From contig OX597822.1 in assembly GCA_951406725.2 (NCBI GenBank), positions 30,814,001 to 30,878,000 of the forward strand: DNA of 64,000 nt. Reading direction: 5' to 3'. This document shows positions 53,797 to 64,000 of this stretch, piece by piece; position 1 is the first letter of the stretch; the number at the start of each line of letters is the position of its first letter. The notes below the pieces were generated by a model, which searched no databases, had not been told where the DNA came from, and saw nothing but the letters and a program-made list of their open reading frames with translations. The stretch comes from Octopus vulgaris (lineage: Eukaryota). Both the position numbers and the translations under genes were made by a program.

Positions 53797-53841
53797 TGAA
53801 CTAGTACTTTCATGCATTAAACTATGCAATCTTCAGGTTCA
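53797..53841 (-). ncRNA. Minimal type I hammerhead ribozyme motif (HHR-4)
   Basis: UGAAC-CUGAAGA-U-UGCAU-AGUUUA-AUGCA-U-GAAA-GUAC-UA-GUUCA: 5-bp stem I, 5-bp stem II, palindromic AGUACU stem III, CUA triplet. Confidence 0.88.
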
Positions 53842-53990
53842 TGTAGTAATGGTGACAGTTATGTTTTACAATTTATAACTGTAGTGAGATGACTAGGTTA
53901 AACTGTGTGCCTTAACGGCATTTGTATAGGCTCCAGAATGCTAAGTTTTGCAAACTGTATTCTGGACCAATCAGTTTGTTGTTTTACTGA

Positions 53991-54490
53991 ATTACTTTAG
54001 TTGATTGGTGTTTGGTTTAGGAGTCACAGTTAGTTCAACATGTCAAGTGACCAATATTTTGACGCTGGCCAAAACAGTAATTTTTGGGCTATTTTTAGAA
54101 ATGTTTTAAACAACATTTCCCATGGATTTTTACATTTCAATTATCATCATCACTATTATCATCTCCTTTATTATTGTTATCGACGTTGTTGTTGCTGTTC
54201 TTGTTCTTGTTGTTGACGAATCTAAGTAGGAGTAGCTGTGGTAATAGAACTTTAAACCCCAAAATAATATTATTTTAACAAACGTTTCTCTTGACTTAGC
54301 TCGTATTTTCCTTCTATCCTCATCATGAGCACCTTCAGTATTGTTGTTGATGTTAGTGGTAGCGGTCGTAGTGGCAGAAATAGTACCTCTATGTATTAAT
54401 ATTATTATTTAGCTCGGGTTGGATAACGATAATTCTATTAACACAGCTACGCCTATCACGACCACCACCTCTACCACCACCACCACCACC

Positions 54491-54554
<64 letters not shown>

Positions 54555-54942
54555 GCAATAATGGACATGATAATGTTGATGATGATAGTTGGAATGTAAA
54601 AATTCATGAGAAATATTTACAACATTTCTAAAAATAGCCCCCAAATTACTGATTTGGCCAAGGACATTATTTACATTATTTACATTTGATGGATATTTGT
54701 CCTCATCTTGTTTGTTGTTAACACAACTTTTCGGCTGATATGTCCTCCAGACTTCATCAGGTGTCTTGGGGAAATTTCGAACCTGGGTTCACATTCCTAA
54801 AGTATATTTCGATGTTATTATTTCGATGTTATTATTATATTAATGTACTTAATTCCTCATCTCTTAAATATAGAACTGTACAGCTCTTGACATGTTGAAC
54901 AAACAGTGACGCCTAAACCAAACACCAATCAATTTAAGTAAT
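53991..54942. mobile_element. Old foldback/MITE-like structure with ~170-bp inverted arms; right arm interrupted
   Basis: 53991-54162 is the diverged reverse complement of 54567-54660 plus ~54885-54942. Confidence 0.8.
54721..54764 (-). ncRNA. Minimal type I hammerhead motif (HHR-5), slightly degenerate
   Basis: ACAC-CUGAUGA-A-GUCUG-(10 nt)-CAGCC-GAAA-AG-UU-GUGU: stem I ACAC/GUGU, one mismatch in stem II. Confidence 0.75.
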
Positions 54943-55253
54943 AGAGTCTATGCTGAATGGTGGTATAGTATGAGCAGACTTTTGAAATCCAATGAATCTT
55001 TATACATTTATACATTTATACAATTATACAAATATACTTTTTCAAGGAGATATGATAAACCTATTATAATAGGTAATATTACATGTACTTTTTATATTGT
55101 GATGTAATAGCAGATTGTTTATGAAGCTTGAAACACGTGTACCGCGATATCCTTTGTGTTCTGTTTTTAATTTATATTTGACATATTCTCTCACCTCTGC
55201 CACTATCTGGCATATACAGGTGCTTACACTTATCAAGAATTCACTCTAAATTT

Positions 55254-55395
<142 letters not shown>

Positions 55396-58319
55396 TATAT
55401 AAGAGTAGGAAGACAGTAAAATGTGGATATATAGGGCTAGCAAAAACCTTAGCCGTAACAGTTTCTTTCGTTTCCCCCATTACGTCGGTCGTCCGGAACA
55501 TGGTTTGTGCAAGACACTATCTGCTTCTTTGAATTTTTCAACCGCTTTCTCGATTGTGGGAAGGGAAATGCGGGCTCTTCTGGGATGACATGCATTGACA
55601 GTATTTACTATCTGTCGATATGAGCGTCCTTGAGTAGTACCGGTTTTAATTCCTTATTCTTTAGATAAACTCATATTCAGTCTGTGGAAGGGAAACATCA
55701 ATAACAACCACCACAATCACCACCATCACAACAACCACATGAGTGACCGTTCACATGTAATCATTCTGTTCATTTAAGGTTCTTTTCTCTCCCTCAGATT
55801 GTGTGTTCGTATGAATGTACGAACATATCGATATTCATATATACATCCCTTATACACACATAGACAAATACAATTATTTTAATGAATATGTTACAGAAGG
55901 CGGAAAGTTGAAGGGTTTCCTAATTTAGAATTTTGCTTTTAATTAGGTTTTGTTTATAACATTTAATCTATTTGCATACAAAGCAGCCGTTTTATATTCA
56001 TTGTGAATAAATTTCCTATGACTGCTGTGATGGAAATTGTTGAATTCTAATGATAAAATGAAAAATCGATACTTTAAACTTCAATGACCATTTCTTTAAC
56101 ATTTTAATGTTCTATGAATATCATCCGGAAACACGACTGGAAAATTTTGTTGCACACATTTTCTGTGAAAGGAATCATTTCGCAAGACAGTAAACAAGTT
56201 GTCTTCCAAAAATGCCTGAAACATATTAGATTGAGCGTGCTTTCTGTATGCAGGACATGTTATATTTGTGTCTAAATGTGTTCTTGTGTGTCTGTTTGCG
56301 TCTCTGGGTGTCTGTGTGTATGTGAATTTGTGTGTGAGTATTTTATTGTTTTCGTATAGAAGTCAACCAATCCTGAATCGTTAACTTGCAACTGTTTTCG
56401 GAATATTAAGCTCGTCAACATCTCGAAACATCATCACAGAATGTCTCTCTATGAACTCGATTTTTAACCACTTGATTTCTTACAAGTTTGAAATGTAAAA
56501 CTTTGGAAAATCAAGATTCATTAAAATGACGAAACACTGTCTTCAAGCTGAATTTCAGATTTTCTTCTAATACACTTTTTATCAATTAAATAAGAAAATA
56601 GTAAGAAACGAGAACTAACAATCAGTAAAAGAAGAAAAAACATGTTTAATAACCTCTTTATATTTCATACACAGAAGTCCATCATTTGAAGTGAATTGTT
56701 AAGAACTGCTATTAAACATTTTCCCTTTGTAAGAATTTCTCTGTCTTCACCATTTTGTTATTTTACATTTTTATCGCAACGCTTCGAGCAAAGTAAAACG
56801 TTATACTGTTTTATTACTTAAATGACAATAAAGCCCCTTTACATGTTTAAACATAAAATTTAATAATTTTTGCTGCATTTCGAATCTCTAGGTCTTTTAA
56901 CAGCACTACGGAGGTGACGATGACGACGACAAAGACAACAAGAGGGCAACAAGAGGGAGAGAAAGCTGCACCTGCACTCGGATGACACTCATCTTCCCCT
57001 GAATAGATCTGGTCCAGTAAAATGCAGTTCTTTCCTTAAAGATACAACGTTCCAACCGGTTCAGGAAGTCAACCCACTTCATTATGATCATGAGCCGAAT
57101 AACTTAGCCACTAGGCTGCCCACCTTTCTAGATGTATGCTTCATAATAAAAAAAAATGTATCAGGCGAGATACTGGTAAAAGTTATAAATAAACATACTA
57201 AGAGTGTCTCTGTGATACTTTGTATGAGGGAATAGTTCATAAAAATAATTTCCCTCTGACCAAGGATCTATTCGGAAGCGTCAAATTCTGACCTTCATTT
57301 TATAGGGGTCTACTCACAACCATTAGCTATTTTGTAAAGGACGATGTATATACATAATTTAAGTATAATTGGCACAGCTCTAACATCCGTATTCAATATA
57401 TTGATTCAGTTTTGTACCAGCAATTAATATGTTTCAGCCAATTGAAGGGATCGTATGCGTGATGTGATAGCCTTCCCGAGACAGCAAACGAAATGTGTCT
57501 GCAAACGTACCCTAATGTTTCGAATAGAAATGTCACTGTAGATAAGGCGGTCCTAGATATATTATATTTAAAAATAATGAACAGTGATCAAAGGAGTCCA
57601 CAGCAGCACAACCAACAAAATCAAAAACAATAACAATTTAACTCTTTCAAATATTGCTCAAAAAGCGATGAGCAACACATCTTTCGAAATATGAAGCCAG
57701 GCTGGAAACAATTCCAAAAAGAATAAAATAAAGCAGTTTTTATAATGTGGAAATGTTCAAAAGGCACCATTTATTTCAAAAGACATATTCCAATATATTA
57801 TCATATAGCTAACATAAACACGAAAAAGAAAAAAGAAAGACACAGAGACATAAACAAACACACATATACAAACACGCACACTTTCATAGCATTCAGGACT
57901 ACAATACAAAGTTCGGCTTATATAAAATGACTTTTCACTCAAACATTCATATAAAATCTTACTGACGTCAAAGGTCACAGCTTCTTGCCACGCTTTTGCC
58001 ATTAATATTTCCGCTTTGTGTCCACTGAAGATGATAAATATCCGCAAGTATAACTGCGTGTTTATATTGTTTGTTTATGTGTGTGTGTGTGTATGTATGT
58101 GTTTATATGTACGTGTGTGTGCGTGTGTGTGCGTGTTGTTGATTGTGTAATATTTTTATCTGTAAATCTGTAAAAAAACGAAGTAAAATACGAAGAAATG
58201 AAAGTGAAAAGCTGGAATTAATGACAATAATACAGGAAAGAAGTAAAAGTAATTCAAAGATAAAGCTGCTGTTACATAGCAAAGTGGGAGCTAAGAAACA
58301 ACGATAACATATGAAGGGA

Positions 58320-58990
58320 ATTCACAGCAAAGAACATATAGGGAGTTGCAAAAAGAGATTGTGAGTGGTGTATTGAAGTAGTCGTTTATTTGAAAACATT
58401 GATACTGGGTCCAGCGAGGAGGTTGATTTTGAGGAGGAAATGAAAAAATGGCGGTAGCGAGACGGAAGTAATGTTGCGTGCGGTGGTGTATGTGTAGTTA
58501 TGGAGCTACTGACGAATAGTTGTTTATAATACAGTTGTGCTCCCAGGGAGACATTTTTAGGTTGGGGAAAACTTTGGAGAAGAGATTGAATACGACTGGA
58601 ATATTGGCAGTTTGTGTAGGATAATGTTGCAGAAGCGTATAGATTGATGCAGATGGGAAGTAACTGAATGCGGTCCTGGATGAAGTATTTAAAATATTGG
58701 TCAATATCGGAAAGTATGAAAGCTTTACAATAAAACACCTCAGCGACACAAGATCCACTCTTTCTGATTGACTTTCAACTGAACATCATGGAAGGGGGTA
58801 AAATCAATATGGGTTTGTACAGGAAGGTGTCTGGTGGATGCCTCTTCGTGAACGTCATGGCAGTGACAGTTGTCAGAGCCCAAACAAGATACGTACGCAA
58901 TAAAAGTACCGGTGTCCTAGACAGATGCAGAAATAGAGGATACTGAATCATCCAAACCACGCTATTCATCACGTATACTGGAATCAAGGG
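58320..58990 (-). mobile_element. Possible highly decayed Penelope-like remnant
   Basis: Only weak similarity of broken frames to the PLE linker/endonuclease region. Confidence 0.3.
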
Positions 58991-59051
58991 ACGTCCAGTT
59001 TCTTTAATATACCAAATTCAAAGACTCAGATGCAATAATTTATAATTTATA

Positions 59052-59500
59052 TTTTACTTGTTTCAGTTATTAGACTACAGCTATGCAGAGACATCACCTT
59101 GAAGAAGATCGAATCGAATGAATCGACCACAGTATTAATTTTGTTAAATCATGGTTCTGACTCTAAGTTATGAGGATCTAAGCAAACCAACACCGATTGT
59201 CAAACGGTGATGGTGGACAAACGAAGACGCTAAAACACACACATAGATATAACATACCACGAGCTTCTTTCAATTTCCGCCTACCAATTCCATTCGCAAG
59301 TCTGTAGTCGGCCTTGCTTTAGACATTTGCCCATGGTGTCACGCAGTAGCCCTGAATCCAGAACCAAGTGGTTGGGTAACAAGCTTCTTTTATTCATTCA
59401 ATTGGCCACAAGGACCTTGCAAAGAAAGGAATCTGCGGGCTGGACAGTTACATAATGAGATGGAATGGTAGCAAGTTTCTTACCACACAGTCACGCCTGT
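59052..59500 (-). mobile_element. Old SINE family K copy
   Basis: TTTTACTTGTTTCAGT..., AACACCGATTGTCAA, CTTTCAATTTCCGCCTACCAA, TTACCACACAGTCACGCCT. Confidence 0.75.
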
Positions 59501-60078
59501 AGTGTAAAAATAAATAAATAATAAAGTAAAAAACAAAGCAATCATCAACACCTACTTCTTGAATATAAGGCATTTCACTGGAAGAACTATCCACAAAGAA
59601 GGACTCGACACGTATAATTAACCTCCTAGGGACCTCTATTCAGATATAATTCCTTACAGAGACATCCATATATGATGGTGAACTGCCCCATTCGCGACAC
59701 GAACAAGTAATTTTGTATTATGTAGCATACCAAGTATATTGTGCCAAATGGTAGCTAATATACTATATCTGTTCTTCCTTTTGGAACCATCTCTCAAAAT
59801 ATGGGAAGACCAGAGAGAGTATGTCAGCTATAAAGAGCGAGAGTTAAGCAACTTAACGATAAAAGAAACCATTCTTAATTGAAGACACAAGCCTAACATC
59901 ACTGGTCAACCATCGTTGGGACACTGGGTCATATAAGCTGTCTACTATCACTACCATTACCGCAGACATTACTAATATTGCTGTTGCTGCTGCTGTTACT
60001 ACTACTACTACTACTACCACCACCACCACCACCACCACCACCACCACCACCACCACCACCACCACCACCACCACCACC

Positions 60079-60148
<70 letters not shown>

Positions 60149-60149
60149 A

Positions 60150-60771
60150 TTTCTTCGAAGTCATTGCCAATGAGGATATGTTCGTCAATTAACCGCCAGA
60201 ACTGCATTTACTAGGGACCTTAGAAGCCCTTGTATTATGGAAGAATATGTTAATTTACCAGACATTACAATGTCAATATGGTGGGGCTTATCAGGAAATG
60301 GATTAACTGGACCATTCTTATAGGGCGGTATTGTAACAGATCCCATTTACTCGAACTTTCTACGACACAACCTGTCATGCAAGGCATTCAAGGGGACTTG
60401 AATACCATAATGCAAGGGTCTGCGATCGGAGAATTTGCCAAAGAGATAGATTGGACGAAGGTGTGCTTTAGAATCTAACACCACAAGACTTAATTTTCTG
60501 AGGATACTTAAGAGATAAAGTTTACGGTATAATGCCGGCAACATTTGACGAATTGAGGGCAGCCATTGAACGAGAATGTGCCCAATATCGAACGAAATGT
60601 TTGCAGCGGTTTCTACACCGGAATGGTTGTTAGTTTGAAAGGAGGCATTCATAAAAATTAAATTGTTTGTACGTTCTGTTACGTTTATAAAATGAAATAT
60701 ATTTTAGTAAAAACTGACTTGAGGCAAGGCACATTCAGTGTGTATACAGATCCTTTTGGGACATCCTTTTT
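60150..60771 (+). mobile_element. Decayed Tc1/mariner-superfamily transposase fragment with a right-TIR-like end
   Basis: MSIWWGLSGNGLTGPFL (cf. VMVWCGISxxGIIGPYF) and NLTPQDLIF*GYLRDKVY (cf. SPDLTPLDFFLWGYLKxKVY). Ends CTTTTGGGACATCCTTTT-TA. Confidence 0.75.
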
Positions 60772-60915
60772 ACACATACATGCATGCATACATACATACA
60801 TACATACATACATACATAATGCATACATACATACATACATACATACATACATACATACATACATACATACATACATACATACATACATACATACATACAT
60901 ACATACATACATACA

Positions 60916-60946
<31 letters not shown>

Positions 60947-61125
60947 TGGCCTGTATGTACCCAGTATTTGTGTGAGAATATACTTGTGTTTTTGTCGTTG
61001 CAATGTAGCGAATGTTTCCAAAATATAATAATAAAAATGAAATATTTATTTAAAACTAGATATGAGAGCCATAATCGTCACGACTACATTACTGCTTTAC
61101 TTAGCCATTATGTGTTGTGAAATAT

Positions 61126-62945
61126 TAAGTAAACAAATATAAGCCGACATTTTCCTCAAGTTATTACTAGCTATTCTTTATCTTCTGAGAATGTATTTTT
61201 GTGTGAAGAAAATTTGCTTGTATAAAAGAGCTGAGAATAGCAATCAAGAAAGATGTGAAATTTACAAAGTTGATAGATCGTGTTACGTTAAAAATATTGT
61301 ATAATCAATGTTGACAAGTATATAGTTTGCGCAAGTTTTAAAAAGACTTATAGAACCAATGAAAGTTCAAAAGTCTTTGTCCAGACAGTGACGTAATAAA
61401 GCTGCCAATAAGGAAGTTAGACTGTTTCTTTTCTTAGCTGAAGGGTAATATAGGATCTTTCGTATTTGAATGTTGCGTACTGGCATGGTAAGTATAACAA
61501 CTCAGCGTAAACTTGACTCCGTAGTTTCTGTGTTGTCTCAACTAATATATTTTTCTTCGGTTACTAGATCAGATCTGTTGGCAGCCGTTTTTATCAAAAT
61601 ATTCATTCTTACAGAAGTCCGTGCTTGCGTTTTGCATCATCGCCTTAATTAGTTTTAAGATGGTTTCCAAATCAAAGATATCTGGTAACTGTGGTGTCAC
61701 AATCAGCAAATAAGTTACCTAATAATAATCTGTTCCAGCCTACTTCTTCCTCTGATTCTTAAAAACTGTTTTAGGATTGTTTAGGATTGTTTAGGATCTT
61801 TTTAATATTTAACCTCCTAAACTACGACATTATCAATGGACAATCATTAAATATAAGAATTTAAGTTCGACCTTTTATCACAACACAATCGCTTCTAATT
61901 TAGACTCGCCCAAGAATGGTTCCGAAGATATAACATTCGAAGTAAATATTAATAGGTATGGATTAAAGCTCAACAGAGAGTGAATTGTTTACGGCAGATG
62001 TAAAGAAAAAGAGCTATTGACTGTCTTGTGCCTACTAGCTTAGCGCTAACCATAGATAGACAGGCTGCTGTATCAGAGTGACTCTATAAAGTGTTGGATT
62101 AAGATAGGACTCTTCGAAAACGTGTAAGATTATATACGGGAGGATTAGTATCTAGAAGTAACAGGCGAGAACGAAAGAAAAGTGGTTGTAGGTTAGGTCG
62201 AACTAATGGAAATGTTATGTGCAGTCGAAATCTCAAGACCGAGTGAAGTTTTGTGTTCATAAAAACACACACACACACACACACACAAACAGACACGCAT
62301 ACGGGATAAATTTTAGGGGCTATGTGGATTTCGCAGTGAAATAGGAAAAAGGACAAGTAAGCATTGTTGACTGATGGAGCAGTTAACATCACATTCATCT
62401 CTCATATTCACCCTTTATCTCATCTTATCATACGATAATTTGTTTGATGTTTTGTGTCCCCAATGTGTTATAATGTCCCCTCTGTGGTAAAACCGTATGT
62501 TGAATAAAAAATCATAAAGATAACAATATATATCCATGGTAAGTTGATCGAACAAGTCGCAAAACATCAATATGTCGTTCTTTGTGCATTAAATCCAGAC
62601 AGAACAAATTTGCATATAAAAAAATCTTTTCTAACAACATATTTAGAATCTCGATTCTCCTGTTGATTTGGCGATAATATCGCTTGAAATAAATTTAAGT
62701 TAATTTAAATTAGTTAGTATTCCAATTAGGTAATTATGGAAATCATGATATTTATTGCTAACGAAAAAGCTGTTGAGCACAATTAAATTGTGGATTATTT
62801 GTGAAACATATTTTTCAGCTTTTGTTCTAAATACACACGCATACAGAGACACACATATACATTTGAAAAAATGTTTTGGAATTGAGAATTTATAATTAGA
62901 TACTACTTTTTTCTAAAAGAAGTAGATTAACACATACACACGTAT

Positions 62946-62988
<43 letters not shown>

Positions 62989-64000
62989 GAGAAAGAGAGA
63001 GAGAGAAAGCGAGAGAGAGAGAGATGCGTGTGTGACTGTGTGTGTGTGTGTTTGTGTGTGTATGTGTTTGTGTGTGTGTGTGTGTGTGCTATATTATTTA
63101 AATCTTTATTGACATTTACTTAGCGGTTCGGCAAAAGAGACCGATAGAATAAGTACTGGGCTTACAAAAGAATAAATCCCGGGGTCGAGTTGCTCGATTA
63201 AAGGCGGTGCTCCAGCATAGCCGCAGTCAAATGACTGAAACAAGTAAAAGAGTATTTCCTTTGTACTGTACGTGATGGGACCGCAATCCTTTCAAGATGA
63301 TTGGCTGAATTCGCCCTTTCTGTATTGATTCGCCCTGTTTTCTGGCTTGTCATAAAATGTGTGTCTGTGTTTGCACGTGTGCAAGTATATGTGTAATAGC
63401 TTTCAGGAGTGACGAGAATAACTATGTTCTTAGTGTTGCTGTGTAGTGAATGACTTCAAAATATGAAAGTATATATTCATTTGAAATCAGATATAGGAAT
63501 ACTAATCGTCGCCAAAACACTATTATTTAAAATTATCTTTATTACTAAGTAAACAAATATATTCCAATAATTTATCAAACTTCATGCAAGCTACTTTTCA
63601 ACTTCCAGAAATATAGCTTATTTATCTATTTATTTACTTATTTATTTGTATGTGAAGACATTAGTTATCTGTCATAAAATAAATGTTTTGAATTAGCTGA
63701 AACAAAATAACTTAGAATAGCAATCAAGAAGGACGAGAAACTTCTTAAACTTAAGAGACTATGTTACGTTAATAATATCGAATAATGAAAATTGTCAATA
63801 ATGTAGTGTGTAAAAGCTAGGAATGTCTAGACAAGTTGAGATAGGTCAAGCGTCTCTTTTCAAACTATAAACTTCAGTGACGTAATAAAAGTGGCAATAA
63901 TTAAGCTCGACTATTTTTCTTCTCGTATATGAAGGATAATGTAACATTTTACATGATTGCTTTTTCTTACAGGCATGTTTGCTGCGGTTTCTCAGTGTAA
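61126..64000 (+). repeat. Diverged direct duplication (61126-61510 vs 63546-64000)
   Basis: Colinear conserved blocks TAAGTAAACAAATAT, AGAATAGCAATCAAGAA, TGTTACGTTAA, CAGTGACGTAATAAA, TAC.GGCATG and CTCAG.GTAA. Confidence 0.75.
63116..63253 (+). mobile_element. SINE family K, 3' half
   Basis: ACTTAGCGGTTCGGCAAAAGAGACCGATAG...GAAACAAGTAAAAGAGT. Confidence 0.88.

Noticed and set aside
55120-55150. GAAA-CACGTG-TA, resembling the 3' half of a plus-strand hammerhead (similar half motif near 37880-37900 on minus)
   Set aside because: No CUGANGA core upstream; at best truncated remnants, so not counted.

Overview
AT-rich, microsatellite-dense animal genomic DNA, intergenic or intronic. The SINE families and repeat landscape suggest an octopus/cephalopod genome (inference). 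No intact host gene was found; there is one low-confidence 88-nt candidate exon. Most listed ORFs are microsatellite artefacts. Contents: (1) An ~8 kb pile-up of R4/Dong-clade non-LTR retrotransposons (RT, CCHC knuckle, restriction-like endonuclease) inserted into (TAA)n at 7.7-15.8 kb, with a second, opposite-polarity nest at 19.9-21.1 kb. One copy has a 2.4 kb frame broken by a single stop. (2) Five copies of an ORF-less ~555-nt element with the same (TAA)n target, the same polarity and 5' truncations, a candidate Dong-mobilised non-autonomous retroelement. (3) Five different minimal type-I hammerhead ribozyme motifs of the Penelope/retrozyme kind, all on the minus strand. One lies in a 541-bp partial tandem unit and others lie in modules embedded in (TA)n. 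A decayed Penelope-like RT/GIY-YIG element at 50.7-52.3 kb is largely missed by the ORF track. (4) Decayed mariner, Tc1-like, pogo/Tigger and Gypsy elements, RTE-like 3' ends with C2H2 fingers, three SINE families and several long foldbacks. All calls are by eye, with no database searches, and boundaries of decayed elements are approximate.
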